Shown here piece after piece: positions 25,891 through 40,010 of a stretch of DNA of 64,000 nucleotides. The notes beneath the pieces were generated by a model. The model saw only the letters and a program-made list of their open reading frames with translations. It was not told the origin of the DNA and ran no database searches. The stretch is from Octopus vulgaris (lineage: Eukaryota): the NCBI GenBank assembly GCA_951406725.2, contig OX597824.1, forward strand, positions 6,696,001-6,760,000, given 5' to 3'. Position 1 is the stretch's first letter. Each line of letters begins with the position of its first letter. The position numbers and the translations under genes were made by a program.

Positions 25891-27429
25891 ATGAGATATA
25901 TTTGTAAGAAGTAATTACAAATTACAAATAACTCGTTAGCTTTTGTTTTGAGTTTTAATGTTTATCATTTATAAAACAAACAAAAAAAAAATTCAAAACA
26001 AGAAGATTCTTCTCAAAGAACAAAGAACATAAAGAACCTTAGAATACAGAATATCAAATGGATTCCTTTAAGTACGAATAAATTCTTCAAAATTTCAAAA
26101 GCATTTCTACTGTTAGAGTACAGCTACAATTATTAAAACTTTTGTCTTCTACAAAACAAAAATAAAGACAAAGATAATATTTCCAAAAGCAAACATTTAC
26201 AGAACTATCATTTAAAACATCAAACAGAAATGGAATTTTTCTTTTAAAATCCTTTATTTCTAGAATGGCACTTGAGAAATTTGCATTAGTTTATTGTTTC
26301 TATAAAGGTTACGTGTAAAATGGTTATCAAAGGTATGTTGCCAAATGCAAAAAGTGATTTAGTTATTTGAGAAGATTAAAAATGCCAATGGAACTAACAG
26401 ACTGGGGCCTTCTTCAAAGGAATCGACAAATTTCGATTTTTTTTTTTTTGACAACTCTTGAAAAAAACTCAAGTGAAAGTTTAAAAATTTCATCACAACC
26501 TGGAGAAATGAAGTTCAACTCATTCAAACAATGAGGTATATAGTCAATATCAGTATGAAATATACTTTCCTACTCAAAACACAAGGCCTGTGGAGCATCG
26601 CCTTTAGTCAAGTGAACCGAGCCCAGGACTTATTCTTTTTTGTAAGCCCAGTACAAAAATAAGGTACATAATAACCACACATACATTCACATACTTCCCT
26701 TGTACAGGCACACACATACACACATATACTCACATAGAGTTGAAACGCTGATTTTTTTTTCACCCCTTCCTTCCTTATTTATCTATCACCCCTTCCTTTC
26801 TCTGCTTGCTATTACTTTCTCTCACTTCCTCGCAGTCGAGGCTATTACTCTCACTACTTCTCCTTCACTGAATGACTATTTTCTCCCCTCCTCCACATCC
26901 GGCATGATTCCGACCAAACATATATATATATATATACACACACACACAAATATATAAAAACACTACACTCATTATTAAATCAAGAAATTAGTTTTATATT
27001 TACCAAAATATTAAAATTTTACTCAAATTACTAAAATTCTCTTCTACCATTGTATTCCCATGCTACACCTCCAATCCTCTCTTCCTTCATTAAAACGAAT
27101 TAATTATTTAAGTATACATAATTATTCTTAACAAGAACAAAGCAACATAAAATAAATTTCTTGTTTAGTATATTAATTACCATAAGACTGCTTTAATCTC
27201 ATTTGTATTCCTTGTTTCTAAACATACTCCATATGTATATTAATCTCGAAGTAGTACGCTAACTATAGACCTTATTATCACAGCTTACAACTAATGGCAG
27301 GTAATTGCTAACAGTTGTACCAAAGATTCTCACAGCAGGTGGTTCAACAGAAGGAGGATTTTATTTGCATGAGGCAGTCTGTTACCCTGCATTAATTTTC
27401 TTGTATTATGTAAAATTATTCATAAGAAA

Positions 27430-27506
27430 CCACACACACACACACATACACATATACATACATACATGTATGCATTTATATGTAATACATGTCCAAACAC
27501 ATACAT

Positions 27507-27561
<55 letters not shown>

Positions 27562-27696
27562 CACATTTACACATATACATACATACATACATGTATGCAT
27601 TTATATATAATACATGTCCAAACACATATATACATAATACACACTATATATATATATGTAATTATATATAATATATACATATTTATACATAATACA

Positions 27697-27736
<40 letters not shown>

Positions 27737-27903
27737 ATATATATATGCATATACATACTATATATATATATATATATATATATATGCAATTATATATAAT
27801 ATATACATATTTATACATAATACACACTATATATATATGTGTGTGTGTGTGTGCAATTATACATGATATATACATATTTATACATAATACACACATACAC
27901 ACA

Positions 27904-27943
<40 letters not shown>

Positions 27944-28452
27944 ACACACACAAATATTCATACATATACATAGACATATATGCAGTTATATAGCACCTAA
28001 GTTAATCTGAGAAATATTATACAACAGTTGGTTGAGCTTTTAACTCTAAGAAATCTATAATGGAATTTCAAAGTTAATGTAACCTGCATAATTCCAATTC
28101 TGATGAATTTAGCTAATAGTGTTGCATTGCAGCCTGTAATTTACTTCTTACGTACAACTGTTAATTTCATAAATATGTAAGAAAGATTATGCAAAGGAAA
28201 CAGAAAGAAAAAGTTTTATGTTATATGTATGTATGTGCGTGTGTATGTGTGTGTGTATGTGTGTGTGTATGTATGTATGTATGTATGTATGCAGATTTGT
28301 ATGTTTTGTTTTGTGTTTATATTCACATGGATATAGTTGCATTATGTATGCATGTATGTATGCATGTATGTATGTATTTGTGTACATATATATGCATATG
28401 TGTATATATATATTAATATATATAACTATATATATATATGTGTGTGTGTATG

Positions 28453-28487
<35 letters not shown>

Positions 28488-28710
28488 GTGTATGTATATA
28501 TATATATACACACATTGTAAGTATATAACTATATATAACTATATACATATATGTATATGTGTGTGTATATATATATATATCTACACGCATGTTTAAGTAT
28601 ATATATATATATATATGCTTGTGTGTGTATGTGCATATAAGTGTGTGTGTATATACATACACACACACATATATATATATATATATATGTATGCCTACAC
28701 ACATACATAT
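27430..28710. repeat. Large compound (TA)n/(CA)n/(TATG)n microsatellite fields
   Basis: Direct observation. Confidence 0.9.
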
Positions 28711-30940
28711 GACAGATATACTGAAACAAGATCTTGGATAGGCATTATCATATAAGAGACATCTTCAATACAGGCTTTGCTTCTAACACAAAACAAAAGT
28801 AGGTGGGCAGATAAATAGAAATCTGACCTCAGCTTCACCTTCTTTCAGCAGATTCTGGAACACAATGGCAAAATATATATATACATATGGAACAAAAAAA
28901 ATTCTTGCAATTACCATTGAAGTTCAGTTCCACATCAAGTATCCTTTTATTATGCGACTCCTAATTCAAAAGTTCTGATTTCTTTAGCAAATTTGAGAAC
29001 CAGAAACAATTGAATAAGCGAAATTAAGTGCCATGTGTATAATCAGATTGAAACGGTATATCTTTACCTGGCACAGTGACTATGAAACTCTAATCGAATG
29101 AAAGGAAGGAAGGAGAATAAGTGAATAAATAAAAGCCACATTTAGTAGGAAGATTTTGTTGTGGAGGTAAAAGACAACAAAAAGAGAACAGAAAAAAAAC
29201 CCCCAAATAAATGAGGAATTTTATTATGCAGGGAAGCCTAATGAATATTCAAAAGAAGACCGTTCTTCATATGGATGACTTGAAACAGAAGACATGATGT
29301 TTACGTAGCTCCAATACTTAGAATGTTTCAATAAAGCAGAGGCAGTGATGGGGCTAAAAAAACGACTCCTGTTATACTTAAAATGCATTTCTCTCTCTCA
29401 CACACACACACACAGAGTCTTCAGATGAAGCTTTGCTCTATAAAACTAAATTTATAATTAGACATGTGCTCCTTTGTTATCAAAAATTTAAACTTTGAAC
29501 CGTGTCTTTTTAAGTGGCTTTACTAAGGAAATTGACCCTGGTAGACATGGCCACCAGACTTTCAATTTGAGCTCAATAATCAATTTCTTTTACAAAATGA
29601 CAAAAAGTTATCTTCAAAGCGCAGAACTGATTTTGGAGATAGAGACGAGTCTTGCTGGAGCCTAACCTTGTAAGTAGATCATGCCTAAAACTTAAAAAGT
29701 ATTCATTAAATTTATTCTCAGGATTGAATTTGAGATATTTGAGATATACAAAACTGCTGGAGTGTAAAAATGATAAGAAACAAATAAATGACCCTAGAAA
29801 AAAAAATTAATACAATAAAATAACTAAAATTTAAGAAATACCAAAGCTGAAACCACATCAATCACAGAGTGATGCTGCTAAACAAATGTAAAATTATGCA
29901 ACTCAACCATCCTCTCTTCATTTTGTACAAAATATAAAACTCTATGAAGTTTTCTATAAAATACTGGACATTATTTTTGTGAAAGAATTAATATAGATTT
30001 ATGTATTACATTACAGAAAAATCAAAAAAAATAAGTTATTCTCATTATGATATATATATACAGAAAAAAATTTATTTCTTCTACAACAATAAATTTTGTA
30101 ATTTCATTAATCTTTATTGTTATGACGTTTTACAAAATTATTTTATATTCTAATCAGATTCTTCCCCTGCTGCCTATAGGGAGTTGTCAAAGTAGTTTTG
30201 TCCTCGAAGGACAACAAAGACATATTAAGTGAGTTTAGAATCTGGGGTCAATGTTTTATAGTATAGAGTAATGGGAGCAAGTATGCAGCATGGTTCAGAG
30301 GTTTACTTTGCAAGCATTTAGTTTTTGGTTCAGTCCTAGAGGACGGCACCTAAGCAAACTTCTTCCATTATAGCCTCGGTCAACCAAAGTCTGGTGAGTG
30401 AATTTAGTAGACAGAAACTGGTAAAAACTTATCACATACATACACACACACATATATACATTTATATATGTATATACAGACTTACTGTTGTGTATGGGGA
30501 GAGTCATTTTCTTTTTGTGCCTTTATAATTTAACACACACACTGGTAAAATTTCCCCTTATTTCATATTTTTATTTTTCTAACAGAAAGAAAATGACTCT
30601 CCCCAGACACAACAGAATATGCTTCAACACACGAACTCACATAAAGAATCTTGCGAACCAAATCCAAAAGCAAAATGTATATATATATATATATATATAT
30701 AATAATCAGAGGTAAAAAACAACAAACGGAAATCGTCAAAACATAACAAGCAGGAAAAGGATGATAGAACAACAATGGCAAACAGGACATAACAAGATAC
30801 ACGGATCATTCACAGCCAATTGTTTCTTCAGTCGGAGTCTAGGATGTCCATGTAGTTCCATCCAATCCTCTTTGATACTACTCAAAACCAGGTGGGCCAA
30901 GGGCTTGAGCTGAGGGCATTAAACCACTGAGCAAGTGTAA

Positions 30941-30983
<43 letters not shown>

Positions 30984-31655
30984 TGGAGCAGCACCTTTAC
31001 AAATGAACAAATCAAACCCAAGACTTATTCTTTGTAAGCCTCGTACTTATTCTATTTTGCTGAACCACTAGGTTCAGCAAAATGCCCACACATAGATATG
31101 TACATTCACTTTCGAATCCTGTGGCTGGGAAGCAAACCACTTTTTAAGAAACTGTTGAATTGCTACAACAAGAATATTAAAAGACTGGTTGTTCTAATAT
31201 AAGCAAAGCAGTGAATTTTCAGGTTACAGGGTACAAGATTTAAGACTTGGCTTCCTCTTCATAGCTTTCTATGCCCTGCTGCTCTTCCTTTAGTTTTTCT
31301 GGTGACTGTGAATAAAAACCCTTATAGAGGTGAATATGAAAAGATGCTTTCTACAGGCAAGCCAATGGGTTCCTTGTATTTCTAAAGACAATAACGGTAA
31401 TCAGCATCATTATATTTGCAAATAAGCAGTGATATTCTATTCGTTATTTTATAGCTTGCAGGGATATCGCACGAAGAAACGAAGAATAAAAATTTACAAC
31501 AAAAATTCCCAGAAAATAAAGCAAAAAGATTGCTGCAACAATGAAGAACACAAAATTTTCTAAGCATGATTTTGTAACAATGTCATTCACATCATAGGTG
31601 CATTCAGCCTCATTAAAAATAATTTGGTTCAAATTCTTCCCTTGGCCCTGCACTA

Positions 31656-31723
<68 letters not shown>

Positions 31724-31961
31724 TTTATTAATATAATAATAAAAGAAGCCTTTACTATTATCAGTAATATGTGTGAATGAGTATACACACACATATATAT
31801 GCATATATGTGTGTGTGAATATAAAGTGAGATCTCAACATATATAATTTCAAACCTGATGTCCATCTATTTTCAATTGTTCCTTGTTTATTTGTTTTATT
31901 TTTTTCTTTTTCCTTTTGCTTATGATTTTACAAAACAAAAAATAAAAGATCCCCAAATATC

Positions 31962-32054
<93 letters not shown>

Positions 32055-32103
32055 TATACATATACATACATAAATACATACAGATATATATACATACATA
32101 CAA

Positions 32104-32143
<40 letters not shown>

Positions 32144-32419
32144 GTTTTCTTAGCTTCTAGTGATATTTCGATTGATACTAATGTCCACTCCTTGCAGTTT
32201 TCAATACATATACATAAAATAAACCATCCTCAGTTCATTTTCTTCCTTTCCTTGTGCCATTTCCCCTCAGAACTCATTTTTTTTTCTTTTGTATAAAATC
32301 TGAAAAGTGGCCCAAGTGCTGAGCTTTTATTTTATGCTTTTATTGGAGCTAATAAAGAAATAAATATATGAAATCTGCAAATGTTCATTGAAAATCCTGC
32401 TACAAAAATAGTTGATATA

Positions 32420-33015
32420 TCAAATGTGATCGAAAATGTGATCGAAATATGACCGAAAATATGATCGAAATATGACCGAAAACGTGATCGAAAATGTGAT
32501 TGAAAATATGATCGAAATATGACCGAAAATGTGATTGGAAATATGATTGAAAATGTGATCGAAATATGACCGAAAATATGATCAAAATGTGATCGAAAAT
32601 GTGACCAAAAATGTGATTGAAAATATGATCGAAAATGTGATCAAAAATGTGACCGAAAATGCGATTGAAAATATGATCGAAATGTGACCGAAAATGTGAT
32701 TGAAAATATGATTGAAAATGTGATCGAAATATGACCGAAAATATGATCGAAATATGACCGAAAATGTGATCGAAAATGTGACCGAAAATGTGATTGAAAA
32801 TATGATCGAAATGTGACCGAAAATGTGATTGAAAATATGATTGAAAATGTGATCGAAATATGACCGAAAATATGATCGAAATATGACCGAAAATGTGATC
32901 GAAAATGTGACCGAAAATGTGATTGAAAATATGATCGAAATATGACCGAAAATGTGACTGAAAATGTGATCAAAAATGTGACCGAAAATGTGATTGAAAA
33001 TATGATCGAAAATGG
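32420..33015. repeat. 11-12 bp satellite (GAAAATGTGATC) with 129-bp higher-order repeat
   Basis: About 50 units; block starting 32701 recurs at 32830. Confidence 0.95.
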
Positions 33016-34071
33016 ATGCATTTATGCTTTTTAGGTTTCTATGAGGGGCCCTGTTTTAGACCTTCACATCCCACTGGGCCAGCATGTGATGAACAATGTA
33101 AATTATAAGAGGTTACATGATCTGCTAAAAGAAGTAGCAAAACCTACTTCAGGCTACACACTGTACAGTGGAAAGTTTTGATCTAGGTTTATATGAATGT
33201 CAGAAAGATAAACAAAAGTTCAGAAGATCCAAGTTGGAATGGTTTTGATCTTAAGACTTGTACAATCACAGCTTACCTAGATGCCAAGGGAGAGGGAGGA
33301 GAAGAACAAGGAGAAGAGAGGAGAAGAGAAAAGGGAGATGAGAAGGGAGGAGGAGAACAAGGAGTAGAAGGAAGAGGGGGTGGAGTAGTAGGATGACAAG
33401 TATTGCTGTCAAATGTGCCAGCGCTATTGGAATTGAAGGAGCTGATTTTGTTTGTGATGTTTTTTAATATTTGCTACTACGGCTCCATGTTATTTCAGAA
33501 ACCCTTCAAATTTGGAGTTATTGTTCAAGAACGCGAAGCCGGTTAATTCAAAGAATACAGACTTCATATAAAAATATTGGACGAAGTGCTGCAAGTGTTT
33601 AATCTAGTAAAGTCCTGTGTTATTACAAGTACAGTAACAGAATTTATATTGACGATTTCATTTAAATATGAATAAGCAATTGTAGGAGGTATTGATCATA
33701 TTGATGACGGAGGACAATGACACACTTTGGTTCAATCGGGTGAGTTGACAAATGAAAGATTTAAAGTAGAGCAATTACATACATTGTTGATTATAGTGGC
33801 CGCATTATCACTGTCATAGTGATTGGCATAAAGAAGCATCAGCAATTCTAAGAACTGCTAGATTTAATAATATTGGCACTGTTAAATATACAATTGTCTT
33901 TGACTAATTAGATTTGATCTCTTATGATAATAAACGAGAACAAGCTGACTTGATAATATAGACTTTTAAAAGTATAATATGGTACCGAGTCTACTTTCGG
34001 TTAGAAAATGATTTCTAAATACTTTATATTGGTGTTTATATTAATGTAACATGTTCTGTTTTAAAGGCCAC

Positions 34072-35088
34072 TTAACCCTTTCGTTACTGTATTTCTGTTG
34101 AGATGCTCTGTGTTTCTTGCAATTAATTTTAAATATAACAAAGAATTTAGTAAAATAACTTAGTTATGATTAAGCTAGTGTTAGGAACATAAATTGTGAC
34201 TAAGGTTTGGTGGAAGATTTTAATTCAGAACTTTTGAAAACAAGACATTTGAACTACAAAGTCAGAGGTGGTTTCAGCTGGGTTGGTAAAGAAAGGGTTA
34301 AGAATTGTTTCTCTGTTACATATTTTAACCCTTTTGTTACCATATTTCTGTTGAGATGTTCTGTGTTTCTTGCAATTAATTTTAAATATAACAAAGAATT
34401 TAGTAAAATAACTTAGTTATCATTCAGCTAGTGTTAGGAACATAAATTGTGACTAAGGTTTGGTGGAAGATTTTAATTCAGAACTTTTGAAAACAAGACA
34501 TTTGTACTACAGAGGCAGTTTAGACACACCTCTACGTTTGGGCAGATGCACATTAGAAGCAATTAGAAGGATGTGGATTGAAGGAAATTTAGGCTATCAT
34601 TTCTAGCATATAGAGTGACCACATTGAGGTTTCCTTCTCTTATGTCTTCTGCTGATTATTTTTCTTCTTAAACCCTTTGTTACCATATTTATGTTGAGAT
34701 GCTCTGTGGTTCTTTCAAATAATTTTAGATATAACAAAGAATTTAGTAAAATAACTTAGTAATTATTAAGCTAGTGTTAGGAACATAAATTGTGACTAAG
34801 GTTTGGTGGAAGATTTTAATTAAGAACTTATGAAAACAAGACATTTGTACTACAGAGCCAGAGGCAGTTTCAGGTGGGTTGGTATCAAAAGGGTTAAACC
34901 TTTATTATTCAGATTACTCTCACAAATGTAATGCTTATTTATTCACATTGTTCTTAATTAAGATGCACTTCAATGATGTGACTATTTATTTTTAGAATGA
35001 CATTGTAGGGTAACTGCAAGAAGCCAGATCTGGTCAGTTTGAACATGAAACAAAGAGTATATGATCAGTTTAATTGTTAAAGGGTTAA
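34072..35088 (-). mobile_element. Cluster of TTAA MITEs (34072-34301, 34325-34522, 34668-34897, and a different one ending 35088)
   Basis: TTAACCC...GGGTTAA termini, homology to 7915-8145. Confidence 0.8.
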
Positions 35089-35148
35089 TAATGCATATAT
35101 ATATATATATATATAATATTTCTTTAATTTTATTATTGTTGTTATCTT

Positions 35149-35249
35149 TAACCTGAAGAGTGGCTATATTTATATTGAAGTGATTTTACTACTACTATTA
35201 TTTTTACTATTATCATTTCTTAAATATAGCCATGAAATACGTGTCGTTA
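35149..35249 (+). ncRNA. Type I hammerhead motif with long stem II
   Basis: TAAC-CTGAAGA-GTGGCTATATTTA...TAAATATAGCCAT-GAA-ATACGTGT-C-GTTA; GUC cleavage triplet. Confidence 0.75.
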
Positions 35250-36316
35250 TTCTACCAAATATATACGTTTTATTTATTATTTTGCACATTACTTAATCAT
35301 CGTTATATGTTTTATCTTATATTTAATCTTTCTATAATATGTAATTTTTCTAAATGGTAATAATTTAATTTTACATTATTGAATTGATAAAAGGTGGTTT
35401 TTTTCTAATTTATATATATATATAGATATATATTTCTAGCACATATTATGAAGTATGGAACTTTTAATTTTGAAAGAGAATCATGTAACAGGCTTCTTTT
35501 GTAGCCGAGAAGACATATGGAAGTGACTGGTTAATTATTGACTGGAAGTTGCTCAGCTCTTCATGTCAGGATGACTTCAGCAGAATGAAAGGAAAACTTA
35601 AAAATGACCCTGATCCGTACTCGCACAATTATCTTCAAACTGTCAGATTACATCAGCAATCACTCGTTCAGAGAACTTCTCATGCCTACTTGCAGTTAAC
35701 TTATCAACAACAACATCAATTTTTGATGCTTAAAACAATAAAGAATTACATGTAAATTCTAATTCCTTACAGAATATTATGGAATTATATGCTATATTAT
35801 TCTGAAGGCTAAAAATGTAATTTACTTCACAAGCTTTGTATGCAGATGGGTTCTCAACATACACGCACACACATACACACACACACACACACACACAGAC
35901 ACACACACACACCAACACCCAGAGAGAGGGAGAAAGATGGATGGAGGGAAAGAGAGAGAGAGAGAGAGAATGAGAGAGAGTTAGAGAGAGAGAGAGAGAT
36001 TATAAACTCAAGCTTTTCGCTATTGAAGACAAAAATTCATCTTCCAGGCTATTTTCCTTCTTATGTCCATCAATAATATTATAACTTTCAATAGAATAAA
36101 AGATTGCTAATCAAACAGGCTTTTGTTTTTGTTTTTTCTTTTTTAAAGCCTTTAGGGAAGATTTCTTATAGTTGGACCAATTATACGAAGCATTAAATTT
36201 GCAGGAACATAGATAACACTTTTGAACTGAGAAAGTATGGTTCAGAACATTGAGGATAATGATCACTGAACAAGGGAACAAAAGAAAAAAAAGACAGTTC
36301 TACTGACCACAGAGAA

Positions 36317-36886
36317 ATGATCAAGCTCAGTAACAATCTATTAAGCAAAAACTACCCCAAAAGCATACTAACTACTCCAATTATGAAGAAAAGAGAGGAT
36401 GAAACCAATAAACTGTCTACAGTCTGTCTACCCTATGTGAAAGGCCTCTCCGAAAAGATACAAAAGATGTGCAGCCCAAATGACATCAGAACTGTATTCA
36501 AGAGTAATACAACACTTTACAAATATCTCCTTCGAGTAAAACCACCAATAGAAGAGAATATGACGAAAGACTGTGTGTACTCCATCCCATGCAGCTGTGG
36601 TAGGTTATACAAAGGTGAAACATGCCGCCCCCTCAAAATAAGGGTAGAGGAACATCGCAAAGCTGTGACACGGGGAGATATTGATAAATCGGGTATAGCT
36701 GACCATGTATGGAAAAATGGAGACCACCTCCTCCTGTGGGATGAAGTTAAAATAATAGCAATACGAAAACTAAAAGAAGCAGCACATATGCTAGGACACA
36801 ACAACCTCCTAAGCAGACTTAGTGCAGATATGAGTAGAATATGGGAACCAGTATTAAGGAAGGATAGGAAAATATTAGAATTATAA
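36317..36886 (+). pseudogene. PLE GIY-YIG endonuclease domain (5'-truncated pol)
   Basis: LPYVKGLSEKI, CVYSIPCSCGRLYKGETCRPLKIRVEEH, SGIADH, RKLKEA motifs; no RT domain upstream. Confidence 0.9.
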
Positions 36887-37170
36887 GCCCTAAAATTCAC
36901 TCCATAACTGCTCATGGGCATATGGTGGTGTGGTTAAGAGCGCAAGCTACTAACTCCAAGATTCCGAGTTCGATTCCAGGCAGTGACCTGAATAATAATA
37001 ATGATAATAATAATAATAATAATAACAACAACAACATTGAAAATACCTTAGGAATGAGAACCCAGGTTCAAAATCTCCCCAAGACACCTGATGGCATATC
37101 AGCTGAAATGTTGTGTCAACAACAAACAAGATGAGGACAAATATCCATTGACTGCAAATAATGTACATAA
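36887..37170 (+). mobile_element. PLE 3' terminal repeat: tRNA-like segment (36916-36988), (AAT)n, HHR with stem II deletion
   Basis: Colinear with 690-945 and 22587-23165. Confidence 0.8.
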
Positions 37171-38626
37171 TTATAGTCAGTTCTGATTTGGCAGGTGTAT
37201 GGCATGGTAGGCAGGTAAATGGTCAAATGAGAAAGGCAAGAACTTTTTTGATGTATTCAGGACATTCACCCATTTTGATGATGGTGAGGCAACGTTTGAG
37301 GAATATCTGACTGCAAATTCCAGCAGGTTGCAGCATTTACATTGGCTCGGTTCTGCATGGTTAAGAAGTCCACTTTCCAACCATGAGGTTTTAGGTTCAG
37401 TCCCGGTAAATGCCTTCTACTACAACCCCAGACTGGGCAAAATCTTGTGAGTGGATTTAGTGGAGGGGAAACTGAAAGAAGCACATTGTGTGTGTGTGTG
37501 TGTTTGTGCTTCCTGGTCTTGGCACCACACAACAGTCGTAAATGAGTGTCACCATCATATGAATAGCATCATTCATTCTTAACCTTCAGTGAAAATATGT
37601 CTATATCTGGTCAGGGCAAAGTATTACTTTGTTCGGAAACACAAGATTTGGCAACATCAAAGGCCACCAGCCTTAGAAAAGTCCATCTGACCCATACAAG
37701 CAAGGAAAAACGAACATTCAAATGATGATAATGATGATGATGATAACTAACCCTAATGCTTTCGTTAAATCAGATTGCAGATCTTTTACTATCTACATTA
37801 CAATGGTTCGTTAATTAGGCCAATAACAATTAATGAATCAAACGAAAGGTAGATCAAACAAGAAGACTTGGAAGAAAAAAAGAGAAAGAGAAACAGCTGT
37901 TATTCCTAATTATTTCAGAGTTTTACAATTTTCGTTCAGTCTCTAATAATAACAAATATTGGATTTTCCTCCAGAAATCATTTCGATGTTTGTGTACAAT
38001 TATCTCTTTTGGTAAAGACGAGAAATTAAAAATAATCAGCAGAATGCATCTCTGTTCATCATCAAGATAGAAGCAGTAAAAATATCGATCTCCCTCGATG
38101 TTTACAGTCGTTGATGTAGATTGTTAAGATTATCCAAGCTAGACTTTACAGAAGGAGTTTCCAGATTGATTCATTAGGGATCACACCATCTCAAAAAAAA
38201 GATACGTAAATACACTCCTCCCATTTCAAATACTGTTTCCTACTCTAGGCACAAAGCCTGAAATGATTTCTGAAGGAAAATCCATTTATACACTTATTAC
38301 ATTACTGTTTAACCACAAGTCAACCTCAATAAGGCAGACCTATGACCAAAGGCGTTCCAGCTATGACCATCTTCACATTTCATCAGGCACGGTGTAGCCC
38401 AGGCAATGCTACCCAATGTGTTCTTTTCCAAGAAAGCAGAGTACAATTTGAGAAAGATTTGGCTTCTATTTCTAGCAACACAAAATGGAATGACCAGGAG
38501 GTGGCTCAACAGAAAACATTAAAAGAGAGACAATATAAGCTCATATTTGGTGTTTATAAGATTGTTACTTCTCCTGGTTTAGAAACAAGAAGCTCTTGGT
38601 GTAAATCTACTCTGAGATTATGAACA

Positions 38627-39019
38627 TCTCTCTCTATATAAAGCTGAATTTGTCTGTGTGTGGCAGGTTTGGTAGCCTTCAACTAACACTATCTCCTCCG
38701 AGACCCTGCGGCACACATTGACCAAAATTGAGAGTATGATAGAAGAAGGCTTGCTCTTCCTTCCATAGAAGATAAAATTCAAATCGGACCATGTTAACAC
38801 CAAAACTTATTTACATCAAAAAGGTGCTTTTTTTCTATGAAAATCCCTATTTTTTATGATTTTTTAACTGCTCTGTCACCATTTTTCGGTGTATTTCAAC
38901 CAGAAAAATGTTCACTTAAAGAGAATAACATGCTACATATTGCAAAATTTTTACTTTTCAAAAATTCCCAATTCTAAAAGATTGAAACAAACCCGAGCAA
39001 CGCCAGGCAATACTGGTAT
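38627..39019 (+). mobile_element. Non-autonomous Helitron
   Basis: 5' A|TC, subterminal hairpin CCCGAGCAACGCCAGG, decayed CTAG; homologous to 51211-51603. Confidence 0.75.
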
Positions 39020-39814
39020 TATCAAAATACAAGACACCTGATGACAATTGAAGATCAAACGTAATGCAATGAAGAAGTAAATATTAAAAACAGATATTAC
39101 ATCTCTACAGATGAGGTTAATAGCCTGAGAAGAAGAAGATTGTATATATAATAACTTATCTGAGATATTGACGGGAAGAGACATATTAAAAAGATGTTTG
39201 ATGTAAAAGTGGGCCAGACAGTATCAGTTAAATTTCATTAATGATTCTACTACGTTGCTGATAGCTTTTGATTAAAATGTAGAAAGAAAAAAAAAGGAAA
39301 AAACAAAAAAAGTTCTGATGGATTTTATTAATGAGTGTTCAAACAATTAGAAGCTAGAAAAAAACAAAAAATATATAAATATATATATAAAAACAAGATG
39401 TAACTGATCATATTTGTACAACGGTAATTAAGAACAACATTAAATGTGAAGTAAAAAAAGCATAGGAGATGAAACAAAACACTTCAGAGTGAAGAGGGAT
39501 TAAATGTACAGGTGGAGATACAATAGATTTGAGGGAGGGAGGGAGAGAGAGAGAGAGACAGGGAGAGACAGACAGGGGGAGAAGGAGAGGGGAGAGAGAG
39601 AAGATAACCGTAAGAGAGAACAAACACACATGTAAATTGTGTAAATATGTGTGTGAATATGTTTGTGTGTACATATATGAATATATACATATGGACACAC
39701 ACGAACGTATACATAGTTTATTATATAAAGTGTATGTATGCTTGTGCGTGTATTAACAAATTGACTGACAGCAAGGTCAGTTACAATAGTGCAAAAGAAA
39801 GAAAAGTTGATAGC

Positions 39815-39844
<30 letters not shown>

Positions 39845-39845
<1 letters not shown>

Positions 39846-40010
39846 GTGATTTAGTACCTGAAATGTAGGCTCTAATCTGTGCTGCCCAAGAGCAAGCACT
39901 AAGAACAAATTACATAAAATACAGAACAGACAACACAACAGAAAGTGATAAGTGCAGAATCTGTGGACAAAACGGGGAAAACGTATGGCATATTACCAAC
40001 CAATTACACC
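39845..40010 (+). mobile_element. Dong/R4-type fragment next to (TAA)n
   Basis: LICAAQEQALRTNYIK...DKCRICGQNGENVWHI zinc-knuckle region, with an in-frame stop. Confidence 0.75.

Noticed and set aside
32400-33021. FRSH-repeat protein
   Set aside because: Satellite translation with 11/12-bp units that shift frame; no splice signals.
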